From Eledone cirrhosa (lineage: Eukaryota): a stretch of 64,000 bases of DNA. The translations under genes and the position numbers were made by a program. Under the pieces are notes generated by a model that searched no databases, was not told the DNA's origin, and saw only the letters and a list, made by a program, of their open reading frames with translations. The DNA lies in assembly GCA_964016885.1 (NCBI GenBank), contig OZ024754.1, forward strand, positions 32,736,001-32,800,000, in the 5' to 3' direction. Numbering within the stretch: position 1 is the stretch's first letter; each line of letters starts with the position of its first letter. Positions 1-14,125 of this stretch are shown here, piece after piece.

Positions 1-3000
1 GTTTGTGGTGATGGTGGTAATGGTGGTGTTGGTAGTGGTGTTTGTGGTGATGGTGGTAATGGTGTGTTGGTAGTGGTGTTTGTGGTGATGGTGGGTAATG
101 GTGGTGTTGGTAGTGGTGTTTGTGGTGTTGGTGGTAATGGTGGTGTTGGTAGTGGTGTTTGTGGTGTTGGTGGTAATGGTGGTGTTGGTAGTGGTGTTTG
201 TGGTGATGGTGGTAATGGTGGTGTTGGTAGTGGTGTTTGTGGTGATGGTGGTAATGGTGGTGTTGGTAGTGGTGTTTGTGGTGTGGTGGTGATGGTGGTA
301 ATGGTGGTGTTGGTAGTGGTGTTTGTGGTGATGGTGGGTAATGGTGGTGTTGGTAGTGGTGTTTGTGGTGATGGTGGTGATGGTGGTAATGGTGGTGTGG
401 TAGTGGTGGTTTGTGGTGTTGGTGGTAATGGTGGTGTTGGTAGTGGTGTTTGTGGTGATGGTGGTAATGGTGGTGTTGGTAGTGGTGTTTGTGGTGATGG
501 TGGTAATGGTGGTGTTGGTAGTGGTGTTGTGGTGTGGTGGTGATGGTGGTAATGGTGGTGTTGGTAGTGGTGTTTGTGGTGATGGTGGTAATGGTGGTGT
601 TGGTAGTGGTGTTTGTGGTGTGGTGGTGGGTGTATGGTGGTGTTGGTAGTGGTGTTTGTGGTGATGGTGGTAATGGTGGTGTTGGTAGTGGTGTTTGTGG
701 TGATGGTGGTAATGGTGGTGTTGGTAGTGGTGTTTGTGGTGTGGTGGTGATGGTGGTATGGTGGGGGGTGGTTGGTAGTGGTGTTTGTGGGTGATGGTGG
801 TAATGGTGGTGTTGGTAGTGGTGTTTGTGGTGATGGTGGTAATGGTTGGTGTTGGTAGTGGTGTTTGTGGTGATGGTGGTAATGGTGGTGTTGGTAGTGG
901 TGTTTGTGGTGTTGGTGGTAATGGTGGTGTTGGTAGTGGTGTTTGTGGTGATGGTGGTAATGGTTGTGTTGGTAGTGGTGTTTGTGGTGATGGTGGTAAT
1001 GGTGGTGTTGGTAGTGGTGTTTGTGGTGTTGGTGGTAATGGTGGTGTTGGTAGTGGTGTTTGTGGTGATGGTGGTAATGGTTGTGTTGGTAGTGGTGTTT
1101 GTGGTGATGGTGGTAATGGTGGTGTTGGTAGTGGTGTTTGTGGTGATGGTGGTAATGGTTGGTGTTGGTAGTGGTGTTTGTGGTGATGGTGGTAATGGTG
1201 GTGTTGGTAGTGGTGTTTGTGGTGTTGGTGGTAATGGTGGTGTTGGTAGTGGTGTTTGTGGTGATGGTGGTAATGGTGGTGTTGGTAGTGGTGTTTGTGG
1301 TGATGGTGGTAATGGTTGTGTTGGTAGTGGTGTTTGTGGTGATGGTGGTAATGGTGGTGTTGGTAGTGGTGTTTGTGGTGTTGGTGGTAATGGTGGTGTT
1401 GGTAGTGGTGTTTGTGGTGTTGGTGGTAATGGTGGTGTTGGTAGTGGTGTTTGTGGTGATGGTGGTAATGGTGGTGTTGGTAGTGGTGTTTGTGGTGATG
1501 GTGGTAATGGTTGTGTTGGTAGTGGTGTTTGTGGTGATGGTGGTAATGGTGGTGTTGGTAGTGGTGTTTGTGGTGTTGGTGGTAATGGTGGTGTGGTAGT
1601 GGTGTTTGTGGTGATGGTGGTAATGGTGGTGTTGGTAGTGGTGTTTGTGGTGATGGTGGTAATGGGTTGTGTTGGTAGTGGTGTTTGTGGTGATGGTGGT
1701 AATGGTGGTGTTGGTAGTGGTGTTTGTGGTGTTGGTGGTAATGGTGGTGTTGGTAGTGGTGTTTGTGGTGTTGGTGGTAATGGTGGTGTTGGTAGTGGTG
1801 TTTGTGGTGATGGTGGTAATGGTGGTGTTGGTAGTGGTGTTTGTGGTGATGGTGGTAATGGTGGTGTTGGTAGTGGTGTTTGTGGTGATGGTGGTAATGG
1901 TTGTGTTGGTAGTGGTGTTTGTGGTGATGGTGGTAATGGTGGTGTTGGTAGTGGTGTTTGTGGTGTTGGTGGTATGGTGGTGTGGTAGTGGTGTTGTGGT
2001 GATGGTGGTAATGGTGGTGTTGGTAGTGGTGTTTGTGGTGATGGTGGTAATGGTGGTGTTGGTAGTGGTGTTTGTGGTGATGGGTGGTAATGGTGGTGTT
2101 GGTAGTGGTGTTTGTGGTGATGGTGGTAATGGTGGTGTTGGTAGTGGTGTTTGTGGTGATGGTGGTAATGGTGGTGTTGGTAGTGGTGTTTGTGGTGATG
2201 GTGGTATGGTGGTGTTGGTAGTGGTGTTTGTGGTGATGGTGGTAATGGTGGTGTTGGTAGTGGTGTTTGTGGTGATGGTGGTAATGGTTGTGTTGGTAGT
2301 GGTGTTTGTGGTGATGGTGGTAATGGTGGTGTTGGTAGTGGTGTTTGTGGTGTTGGTGGTAATGGTGGTGTTGGTAGTGGTGTTTGTGGTGTTGGTGGTA
2401 ATGGTGGTGTTGGTAGTGGTGTTTGTGGTGATGGTGGTAATGGTGGTGTTGGTAGTGGTGTTTGTGGTGATGGTGGTAATGGTGGTGGTGGTAGTGGTGT
2501 TTGTGGTGATGGTGGTAATGGTGGTGTTGGTAGTGGTGTTTGTGGTGATGGTGGTAATGGTGGTGTTGGTAGTGGTGTTTGTGGTGATGGTGGTAATGGT
2601 GGTGTTGGTAGTGGTGTTTGTGGTGATGGTGGTAATGGTGGTGTTGGTAGTGGTGTTTGTGGTGATGGTGGTAATGGTGGTGTTGGTAGTGGTGTTTGTG
2701 GTGATGGTGGTAATGGTGGTGTTGGTAGTGGTGTTTGTGGTGATGGTGGTAATGGTGGTGTTGGTAGTGGTGTTTGTGGTGATGGTGGGTAATGGTGCTG
2801 TTGGTAGTGGTGTTTGTGGTGATGGTGGTAATGGTGGTGTTGGTAGTGGTGTTTGTGGTGTTGGTGGTAATGGTGGTGTTGGTAGTGGTGTTTGTGGTGT
2901 TGGTGGTAATGGTGGTGTTGGTAGTGGTGTTTGTGGTGTTGGTGGTAATGGTGGTGTTGGTAGTGGTGTTTGTGGTGTTGGTGGTAATGGTGGTGTTGGT

Positions 3001-6000
3001 AGTGGTGTTTGTGGTGTTGGTGGTAATGGTGGTGTTGGTAGTGGTGTTTGTGGTGTTGGTGGTAATGGTGGTGTTGGTAGTGGTGTTTGTGGTGATGGTG
3101 TAAATGGTGGCGTTGGTAGTGGTGTTTGTGGTGATGGTGGTAATGGTGCTGTTGGTAGTGGTGTTTGTAGTGATGGTGGTAACGGTGGTGTTGGTAGTGG
3201 TGTTTGTGGTGATGGTGGTAACGGTGGTGTTGGTAGTGGTGTTTGTGGTGATGGTGGTAACGGTGGTGTTGGTAGTGGTGTTTGTGGTGATGGTGGTAAT
3301 GGTGGTGTTGGTAGTGGTGTTTGTGGTGTTGATGGTAATGGTGGTGTTGGTAGTGGTGTTTGTGGTGTTGGTGGTAATGGTGGTGTTGGTAGTGGTGTTT
3401 GTGGTGTTGGTGGTAATGGTGGTGTTGGTAGTGGTGTTTGTGGTGATGGTGGTAATGGTGGTGTTGGTAGTGGTGTTTGTGGTGTTGGTGGTAATGGTGG
3501 TGTTGGTAGTGGTGTTTGTGGTGATGGTGGTAATGGTGGTGTTGGTAGTGGTGTTTGTGGTGATGGTGGTAATGGTGGTGTTGGTAGTGGTGTTTGTGGT
3601 GTTGGTGGTAATGGTGGTGTTGGTAGTGGTGTTTGTGGTGTTGGTGGTAATGGTGGTGTTGGTAGTGGTGTTTGTGGTGATGGTGGTAATGGTGGTGTTG
3701 GTAGTGGTGTTTGTGGTGTTGGTGGTAATGGTGGTGTTGGTAGTGGTGTTTGTGGTGTTGGTGGTAATGGTGGTGTTGGTAGTGGTGTTTGTGGTGATGG
3801 TGGTAATGGTGGTGTTGGTAGTGGTGTTTGTGGTGTTGGTGGTAATGGTGGTGTTGGTAGTGGTGTTTGTGGTGTTGGTGGTAATGGTGGTGTTGGTAGT
3901 GGTGTTTGTGGTGATGGTGGTAATGGTGGTGTTGGTAGTGGTGTTTGTGGTGTTGGTGGTAATGGTGGTGTTGGTAGTGGTGTTTGTGGTGTTGGTGGTA
4001 ATGGTGGTGTTGGTAGTGGTGTTTGTGGTGATGGTGGTAATGGTGGTGTTGGTAGTGGTGTTTGTGGTGTTGGTGGTAATGGTGGTGTTGGTAGTGGTGT
4101 TTGTGGTGATGGTGGTAATGGTGGTGTTGGTAGTGGTGTTTGTGGTGATGGTGGTAATGGTGGTGTTGGTAGTGGTGTTTGTGGTGATGGTGGTAACGGT
4201 GGTGTTGGTAGTGGTGTTTGTGGTGATGGTGGTGTTGGTAGTGGTGTTTGTGGTGATGGTGGCAATGGTGGTGTTGGTAGTGGTGTTTGTGGTGATGGTG
4301 GTGTTGGTAGTGGTGTTTGTGGTGATGGTGGTAACGGTGGTGTTGGTAGTGGTGTTTGTGGTGATGGTGGTGTTGGTAGTGGTGTTTGTGGTGATGGTGG
4401 TAACGGTGGTGTTGGTAGTGGTGTTTGTGGTGATGGTGGTAACGGTGGTGTTGGTAGTGGTGTTTGTGGTGATGGTGGTAACGGTGGTGTTGGTAGTGGT
4501 GTTTGTGGTGATGGTGGTGTTGGTAGTGGTGTTTGTGGTGATGGTGGCAATGGTGGTGTTGGTAGTGGTGTTTGTGGTGATGGTGGTGTTGGTAGTGGTG
4601 TTTGTGGTGATGGTGGTAAAGGTGGTGTTGGTAGTGGTGTTTGTGGTGATGGTGGTAACGGTGGTGTTGGTAGTGGTGTTTGTGGTGATGGTGGTAATGG
4701 TGGTGTTGGTAGTGGTGTTTGTGGTGATGGTGGTGTTGGTAGTGGTGTTTGTGGTGATGGTGGTAACGGTGGTGTTGGTAGTGGTGTTTGTGGTGATGGT
4801 GGTGTTGGTAGTGGTGTTTGTGGTGATGGTGGCAATGGTGGTGTTGGTAGTGGTGTTTGTGGTGATGGTGGTGTTGGTAGTGGTGTTTGTGGTGATGGTG
4901 GCAATGGTGGTGTTGGTAGTGGTGTTTGTGGTGATGGTGGTGTTGGTAGTGGTGTTTGTGGTGATGGTGGTAACGGTGGTGTTGGTAGTGGTGTTTGTGG
5001 TGATGGTGGTGTTGGTAGTGGTGTTTGTGGTGATGGTGGCAATGGTGGTGTTGGTAGTGGTGTTTGTGGTGATGGTGGTGTTGGTAGTGGTGTTTGTGGT
5101 GATGGTGGCAATGGTGGTGTTGGTAGTGGTGTTTGTGGTGATGGTGGTGTTGGTAGTGGTGTTTGTGGTGATGGTGGCAATAGTGGTGTTGGTAGTGGTG
5201 TTTGTAGTGATGGTGGTTATGGTGGTGTTGGTAGTGGTGTTTGTGGTGTTGGTGGTGTTGGTAGTGGTGTTTATGGTGATGGTGGTAATGGTGGTGTTGG
5301 TAGTGGTGCTTGTGGTGATGGTGGCAATGGTGGTGTTGGTAGTGGTGTTTGGGGTGTTGGTGGTGTTGGTAGTGGTGTTTATGGTGATGGTGGTAATGGT
5401 GGTGTTGGTAGTGGTGTTTGTGGTAATGGTGGTAATGGTGGTGTTGGTAGTGGTGTTTGTGGTGATGGTGGTGTTGGTAGTGGTGTTTGTGGTGATGGTG
5501 GTAATGGTGGTGTTGGTAGTGGTGTTTGTGGTGATGGTGGTAACGGTGGTGTTGGTAGTGGTGTTTGTGGTGATGGTGGTAACGGGGGTGTTGGTAGTGG
5601 TGTTTGTGGTAATGGTGGTAATGGTGGTGTTGGTAGTGGTGTTTGTGGTAATGGTGGTGTTGGTAGTGGTGTTTGTGGTGATGGTGGTAATGGTGGTGTT
5701 GGTAGTGGTGTTTGTGGTGATGGTGGTAACGGGGGTGTTGGTAGTGGTGTTTGTGGTGATGGTGGTAATGGTGGTGTTGGTAGTGGTGTTTGTGGTGTTT
5801 GTGGTGATGGTGGTAGTGGTGGTGTTGGTAGTGGTGTTTGTGGTGATGGTGGTGATGGTGGTAATGGTGGTGTTGGTAGTGCTGTTTGTGGTGATGGTGG
5901 TAACGGGGGTGTTGGTAGTGGTGTTTGTGGTGATGGTGGTAATGGTGGTGTTGGTAGTGGTGTTTGTGGTGTTTGTGGTGATGGTGGTAGTGGTGGTGTT

Positions 6001-8740
6001 GGTAGTGGTGTTTGTGGTGATGGTGGTGATGGTGGTAATGGTGGTGTTGGTAGTGCTGTTTGTGGTGATGGTGGTAACGGGGGTGTTGGTAGTGGTGTTT
6101 GTGGTGATGGTGGTAATGGTGGTGTTGGTAGTGGTGTTTGTGGTGTTTGTGGTGATGGTGGTAGTGGTGGTGTTGGTAGTGGTGTTTGTGGTGATGGTGG
6201 TGATGGTGGTAATGGTGGTGTTGGTAGTGCTGTTTGTGGTGATGGTGGTGATGGTGGTAATGGTGGTGTTGGTAGTGGTGTTTGTGGTGATGGTGGTAGT
6301 GGTGGTGTTGGTGGTGTTGGTAGTGGTGTTTGTGGTGATGGTGGTGATGGTGGTAATGGTGGTGTTGGTAGTGGTGTTTGTGGTGATGGTGGTGATGGTG
6401 GTAATGGTGGTGTTGGTGGTGTTGGTAGTGGTGTTTGTGGTGATGGTGGTAATGGTGGTGTTGGTAGTGGTGTTTGTGGTGATGGTGGTGATGGTGGTAA
6501 TGGTGGTGTTGGTAGTGGTGTTTGTGGTGATGGTGGTGATGGTGGTAATGGTGGTGTTGGTGGTGTTGGTAGTGGTGTTTGTGGTGATGGTGGTAATGCT
6601 GGTGTTGGTAGTGGTGTTTGTGGTAATGGTGGTGTTGGTGGTGTTGGTAGTGGTGTTTGTGGTGATGGTGGTGATGGTGGTAATGGTGGTGTTGGTAGTG
6701 GTGTTTGTGGTGATGGTGGTGATGGTGGTAATGGTGGTGTTGGTGGTGTTGGTAGTGGTGTTTGTGGTGATGGTGGTAATGGTGGTGTTGGTAGTGGTGT
6801 TTGTGGTGATGGTGGTAATGCTGGTGTTGGTAGTGGTGTTTGTGGTGATGGTGGTGCTGGTGGTAATGGTGGTAACGGTGGTGTTGGTAGTGGTGTTTGT
6901 GGTGATGGTGGTAATGGTGGTGTTGGTGGTGTTGTTAGTGGTGTTTGTGGTGATGGTGGTGATGGTGGTAATGGTGGTGTTGGTAGTGGTGTTTGTGGTG
7001 ATGGTGGTGATGGTGGTAATGGTGGTGTTGGTAGTGGTGTTTGTGGTGATGGTGGTAATGGTGGTGTTGGTGGTGTTGGTAGTGGTGTATGTGGTGATGG
7101 TGGTAATGGTGGTGTTGGTAGTGGTGTTTGTGGTGTTTGTGGTGATGGTGGTAATGGTGGTGTTGGTGGTGTTGGTAGTGGTGTTTGTGGTGATGGTGGT
7201 AATGGTGGTGTTGGTAGTGGTGTTTGTGGTGATGGTGGTGATGGTGGTAATGGTGGTGTTGGTGGTGTTGGTAGTGGTGTTTGTGGTGATGGTGGTAATG
7301 GTGGTGTTGGTAGTGGTGTTTGTGGTGATGGTGGTGATGGTGGTAATGGTGGTGTTGGTAGTGGTGTTTGTGGTGTTTGTGGTGATGGTGGTAGTGGTGG
7401 TGTTGGTAGTGGTGTTTGTGGTGATGGTGGTGATGGTGGTAATGGTGGTGTTGGTGGTGTTGGTAGTGGTGTTTGTGGTGATGGTGGTGATGGTGGTAAT
7501 GGTGGTGTTGGTAGTGGTGTTTGTGGTGATGGTGGTGATGGTGGTAATGGTGGTGTTGGTAGTGGTGTTTGTGGTGATGGTGGTAATGGTGGTGTTGGTA
7601 GTGGTGTTTGTGGTGTTTGTGGTGATGGTGGTAATGGTGGTGTTGGTGGTGTTGGTGGTGGTAATGGTGGTAATGGTGGTGTTTGTGGTGATGGTGGTAA
7701 TGGTGGTGTTGGTAGTGGTGTTTGTGGTGTTTGTGGTGATGGTGGTAATGGTGGTGTTGGTGGTGTTGGTGGTGGTAATGGTGGTAATGGTGGTGTTTGT
7801 GGTGATGGTGGTAATGGTGGTGTTGGTAGTGGTGATGGTGGTAATGGTGGTAATGGTGGTGTTTGTGGTGATGGTGGTAATGGTGGTGTTGGTAGTGGTG
7901 TTTGTGGTGATGGTGGTGATGGTGGTAATGGTGGTGTTGGTAGTGGTGTTTGTGGTGTTTGTGGTGATGGTGGTAGTGGTGGTGTTGGTAGTGGTGTTTG
8001 TGGTGATGGTGGTGATGGTGGTAATGGTGGTGTTGGTAGTGGTGTTTGTGGTGTTTGTGGTGATGGTGGTAGTGGTGGTGTTGGTAGTGGTGTTTGTGGT
8101 GATGGTGGTAATGGTGGTGTTGGTGGTGTTGGTAGTGGTGTTTGTGGTCATGGTGGTAATGGTGGTGTTGGTGGTGTTGGTAGTGGTGTTTGTGGTGATG
8201 GTGGTGATGATGGTAATGGTGGTGTTGGTAGTGGTTTTTGTGGTGATGGTGGTGATGGTGGTAATGGTGGTGTTGGTAGTGGTATTTGTGGTGATGGTGG
8301 TAATGGTGGTGTTGGTAGTGGTGTTTATGGTGATGGTGGTAATGGTGGTGTTAGTAGTGGTGTTTGTGGTGATGGTGGTGATGGTGGTAATGGTGGTGTT
8401 GGTAGTGGTGTTTGTGGTGATGGTGGTGATGGTGGTAACGGTGGTGTTGGTAGTGGTGTTTATGGTGATGGTGGTAATGGTGGTGTTAGTAGTGGTGTTT
8501 GTGGTGATGGTGGTGATGGTGGTAATGGTGGTGTTGGTAGTGGTGTTTGTGGTGATGGTGGTGATGGTGGTAATGGTGGTGTTGGTAGTGGTGTTTGTGG
8601 TGATGGTGGTAATTGTGGTGTTGGTGGTGATGTTTGTGGCGATGGTGGTCATGGTGGTGTTGGTAGTGGTGTTTGTGGTGATGGTGGTAACGGTGGTGTT
8701 GGTAGTGGTGTTTGTGGTGATGGTCATAATGGTGTTGTCA
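1..8740. repeat. GGT-rich minisatellite, 39-bp unit GGTGTTTGTGGTGATGGTGGTAATGGTGGTGTTGGTAGT with 9-bp module gains and losses; runs off the left edge
   Basis: Unit read directly. It is built from NNT triplets, so two + frames and the - strand are almost stop-free, which explains the giant ORFs. Confidence 0.95.
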
Positions 8741-8754
8741 TGGTATTATTTGTA

Positions 8755-8935
8755 TGGCAGTATCAGTAAAGGGTCGGACGCCATGCTTTCCAGCATACTT
8801 AAGTCCCTTTACGATCTGAGTTCAAATCCCGCCGAGATTGACTTTGCCTTTCATCCTTATGGGATCGATAAAATAAAGTACCAGTAATGCACTGGGTAAT
8901 TGCTGGCCTTGTGCCTAAATTAGTAACAATTATTT
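8755..8935 (+). mobile_element. tRNA-derived SINE, family A (short form)
   Basis: B-box-like GAGTTCAAATCC, then CTTTGCCTTTCATCCTTATGGGATCGATAAAATAAAGTACCAG...TTGCTGGCCTTGTGCCTAAA...ACAATTATT; shared with many copies in the window. Confidence 0.85.
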
Positions 8936-9104
8936 GTAGTGACGCAATAAAAAGGAGAGAGAATGAAATCTAGTTGAACACTCGTCAGTAATGCAGTGGC
9001 TACTCCAATGACTGAAGAAAAGATAAGAATGGGTAGAAAAATGGTCGTTAGATAGGACGAGGAAAGCCATACTTTCATTGTTTTTTTCATCACTTACATT
9101 ATCT

Positions 9105-9418
9105 ACCGTTCGCAAATCCTGCCAGAAGAAAAGAAAGGATTTGATCATTAGAGCGGACCAGGGAAACAATGTTTCCAAGTGTCTTTACTTTGGTGATAAT
9201 ATTTGCCGTCCACAACTCCTACCAGAAGAAAGTAAAGGAGTTGATAATCAGTCGGACCATGGAAACAATGTTTCCATTGGTCTTTCAATTGCTGGTACTA
9301 TCTGCAGAAGTATCAACATGAAATAAAATATTTTGCTAAAAATTTCAACACGCTTCCCCGGTTCAGAAATCGAACATATGACCTTATGATCACGAGTCCA
9401 ACACCCTAACCACTAGGT
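9105..9418 (-). mobile_element. Degenerate SINE, family B related
   Basis: Minus strand has a tRNA-like head (TAGTGGTTAGGG...GTTCGATTTC). The body matches GGAAACATTGTT..GGTCCG of the copies at 40818 and 42661. Confidence 0.55.
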
Positions 9419-9719
9419 CATTCTTGACAGAAGGATGCGTCCCTCTAAGTCAACGATCAATCGATTAGTCCATCTCTGTGAATCCTCACAATAGCAATAC
9501 GTTGCGATATGATGAATGTAGAATATAGAATATAGACTATAGAATTCTTTCGGCTGCCGTCGGAAGAAAATGACGAGTTGATGGAACAAGTTAATGACGG
9601 TTAAAATATTGAATAACAAGATGAAGAATTTAGAATATGGTAAAGAATAGAGAAATCGATGTAGTGCAGAAATGGACAATTAGCAGTGAGTTTGGTCATG
9701 GAACCGACGGTTGACAAAA

Positions 9720-10260
<541 letters not shown>

Positions 10261-10579
10261 GCTTATATAGAGAGGAGAGGTGAGAGGAGAGCTTGTTAGA
10301 AGGGGTGGAAAAAGAAAGAAAAGCAAGGATGAGAGTGAGAAAAATGCCTAAGAGACATGTAGACAATAGGTAAAGTTATGGCGAAAGGTATGAGACAGGT
10401 TGGAGCAGTTTAATGCTATTAAATAAAGAACAGTGTTTGAGGCGATATGTGTGAGGAGCCAATTGAATAAATTCATTGAGGAAAAATTGGAGAAATGGAA
10501 GAAGGGGGAGACGGGAATGGGTGGAGGTAGGATGTTGGCATATAAAGATGGCGTGGAACTTTTATTATCATGATGAATT

Positions 10580-11500
10580 GGCGGTAAATTGGCAGTATCG
10601 TTAGAGGGTCGGACGCCATGCTTTCTAGCATTGTTACGTCTCTTTACGGTCTGAGTTCAAATCCCGTCGAGGTGAGGTTAACTTCGCCTTTCATCCACAT
10701 AGGGTCGATAAAATAAAGTACCAGTAATGTACTCTGGTCGATATAATTGACTCCCCCCCCCCCTCCCCCAAAATTGCTGGCCTTGTGCCTATATATACGG
10801 GGTCGATAAAATAAAGTACCAGTAATGTACTCTGGTCGATATAATTGACTCCCCCCCCCCTCCCCCAAAATTGCTGGCCTTGTGCCTATATATACGGGGT
10901 CGATAAAATAAAATACCAGTAATGTACTCTGGTCGATTTAATTGACTTTCCCCCTTCCCCCAAAATTGCTGGCCTTGTGCCTATATATACGGGGTCGATA
11001 AAATAAAGTACCAGTAATGCACTGGTGATATTTGCTGGCCTTGTGCCTAAAGTAGAAACATATATAAGAAACCATTATCATGATGAATTGGCAACGGTGG
11101 GGCATTGGCAATAATCGGTAGAGTGTCGGACAACATGATTTACGGCATAGAGTTACGGCTCTTTACGTCGCGAGTTCAAATCCCGCCGATGTTAGCTTTC
11201 CCTTTCATCTTTACAGGGTCGATAAAATAAAGTACCAGTAACACACTGGGGTCGATTTAATTGACTTTCCCTTCGCCCCAAATTGCTGGCTTTGTGCCTA
11301 AATCAGAAACCATTAATGTCATTATGATTTGACAGTAATCGGCAGTAATCGGTAGTAATCGGTAGAGCATCCAATAACATGCTACTGTTACGGCTCGGTA
11401 CGTTCTGGGTTCAAACCCCACCGAGGTTAGCCACACCTTTCATCTTTACCGGGTCAATAAAATAAAGTACCAGTAATGCACTGGGCCGATTTAATCGATT
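10580..11500 (+). mobile_element. Cluster of three head-to-tail family A SINEs; the first has its ~94-98 bp 3' segment tandemly repeated
   Basis: GGGTCGATAAAATAAAGTACCAG recurs near 10702, 10799, 10897, 10991, 11216 and 11451; B-box heads near 10653, 11172 and 11407. Confidence 0.85.
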
Positions 11501-11563
11501 TTCTCATTCGCTTTAAATTATTTGTGGATTGGTAGATTCGGTAGAGCGTCGGACACACACAAG

Positions 11564-11594
<31 letters not shown>

Positions 11595-11659
11595 GTATGT
11601 ATATATATATATATACGTATGTTTATATACATACACATATAGTGTATATATATATATAT

Positions 11660-12292
11660 ATACATATTGTTATGCTTTGGGAGGGACATGTTGCCAATAA
11701 GAAACACACGCACCAGTTGCTTTCACTTCAATTTATTATAAATTAAATTTATAAATTTAACAATTTATAAATTTCTGGTTGGTTGGTTGGTTCCACAACC
11801 AGACGATTGTTCATATATTGTCAAAGTTCTTTCGTCACACATTCTGTGACCTCTTCAGTGACTGGGGATTCTTTTCTTTGTTTTTGTGCCTTTCCTTTGT
11901 TCTGTCCTACGCCATCTTGTTTTTGTGTGTGTTGTGTGCTTAGTTTGCGCATGTGTTACATCCGGGTGTCTTTGTGTGTTTATATGTGTTTATGTATTTG
12001 TTTATTTACATGTTACTGGTTTGTTGTTTGTTCTATGTGCGTGTGTGTTTTCATTTTGTCCTTAATTATAAGTTGTGATATTGCTATTCCATTCATGTTT
12101 TCTATTTAATTTTGGTTGGAGTTCATTTATGTTTATTGCCTCTGTGATTTGTCTAAACATTGCGTCTTTTCTGTGTGTAGATTCTATTTTCATTTCTATG
12201 TTCTCTAATTTACCCTTATGTTCTATTTTAGCATGTTGGTGGAGTACAGATGATTCTTTACTATCTTGAAGCTCTCGCCAGTGTTCATTTAT
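11660..12292 (-). mobile_element. 3' fragment of a Penelope-like element: GIY-YIG C-terminus, 3' UTR and HHR; abuts (TA)n
   Basis: Manual translation of 12292->12062 gives INEHWRELQDSKESSVLHQHAKIEH...KDAMFRQITEAININELQPKLNRKHEWN, the EH/H..H/RQ..EA..I/LN..EW pattern of PLE endonucleases. It is not in the ORF track. Confidence 0.75.
11820..11862 (-). ncRNA. Type I hammerhead ribozyme motif, slightly degenerate
   Basis: GUCA CUGAAGA G GUCACA-GAAUG-UGUGAC GAAA G-AA-C UU UGAC; 4-bp stem I, 6-bp stem II, one unpaired G. Confidence 0.65.
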
Positions 12293-12519
12293 CCAGTAAT
12301 GTACTGAGTAATTGCTGGCCTTGTGCCAAAAGTAGTAACAATTATAACAACATGACTCTGCCCAAATATAACAATACTTTCATCATAATTTAATGTCAGA
12401 AATGTTGTTAAGTTATGTTCCAAACACTAGCTAAATAATGAGAAAACTAGCTATATTACTAAATTCCCCGAAATTTGTGATTGTTTGAGGTAGTTTTTAT
12501 CAATAGAGATATAGTACGA

Positions 12520-12715
12520 CAGTGGATTGGCAGCATCGGACACAATAGAGTTATGCTTTACGTTCTGGGTTCAAATCTCACCGAGGTTAGCTTTGTTTTT
12601 CATCCTTACGAGCTCGATAAAATATAGTACCAGTAAGACACTGGGGGTCGAATTAATCGACAGGCCCTCCCCGAAAATTGTTGGCCTTGTGTCTAAATCA
12701 GAAACAATCATTAGA
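12520..12715 (+). mobile_element. Degenerate family A SINE (long form)
   Basis: GGGTTCAAATCT...TTTCATCCTTACGAGCTCGATAAAAT..GTACCAG...GGCCTTGTGTCTAAA. Confidence 0.75.
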
Positions 12716-12879
12716 AATATGGTAACGAAAGAGTTAACATATCTAAATACATTTGTGAAAGTTCTGGATCACATTTAATCTTCATTTTATTCTCCTAGCT
12801 ATTCATAACCCTCATAAATGAGGAAGACATCTTTATTATTTAATCTCATTCATCCTCTTCAGTACAAATTTCTTCCTCG

Positions 12880-12881
12880 AG

Positions 12882-12939
<58 letters not shown>

Positions 12940-13570
12940 GTCTTTCTTTTTATTGGCAGTGGTGTTGGAGAGAGGGGGCAGTTCTAGACACGCTGTGCAA
13001 TTATGCCATTCCGTTTTCTCCTTACCATTGTAACTGTAGCTGTTCTTACTTTAGTTCCAATTCTACTCTCTCTCTCTTATGCTTTTACTGTTGTTGTTGT
13101 TGTTGTTACTGTTGCTATTATTGCTGCTGCTGTTGTTGTTGCAGTTGTTATTACTATTATTGCAGTTGTTATTGTTGTTATTATTGCTGTTGTTGCAGTT
13201 GATACTGTTGCTATTATTGCTGTTGTTGCTGTTATTGATTTACTATAGTTCCTGCTGATGTTGTGTATTTCTGTTATTGCTGATATACGAATGGCTGTCA
13301 TTTTCATCAGTCTTCATGTTACTTCTCCACATCATATCCAGTCCCATGTCCCATCTGACTGGCCTCTTTAAACCCCTCTTCAATAATTATTTCTATGTCA
13401 GCCTACCCACCCCATCCTTCTCCACCACCACCACCCCACTTCTCCACCACCACTACCATCACCATTCCCCTCCCCCTCCCCCTATTTTCCCCACAATAAA
13501 CCCTTTCTTCCCTACTGCTTTCTCCTTTTTACTCCCCATGACACTCTCTCACGAACACTCACACTATATA

Positions 13571-13641
<71 letters not shown>

Positions 13642-13872
13642 CACAAATGCGTACACACATATACATATATATATATATATGCATATATATATATATTTAT
13701 ATATATACATATATATATACATACATATTTATATACATATATATGTACATATATATATATATACATATATACATGTATATATTCATATATACATATATAT
13801 ATATATTCATATATATATATATTACATATATACATATATATATATATTACATATATACATATATATATACAT

Positions 13873-13927
<55 letters not shown>

Positions 13928-14076
13928 TACATACATGTATATATATATATATGTATGTATATATATACGTACACATATATACATATATATATATATACAC
14001 ATGTATATATATACGTACACATATATACATACATATATATATATATATATACACATATATACATATATATTATATA

Positions 14077-14125
<49 letters not shown>

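Noticed and set aside
1669-8887. 2366-aa and 1927-aa ORFs as genes
   Set aside because: NNT-triplet repeats are nearly stop-free in these frames, and both frames are open together. There is no signal peptide or domain.
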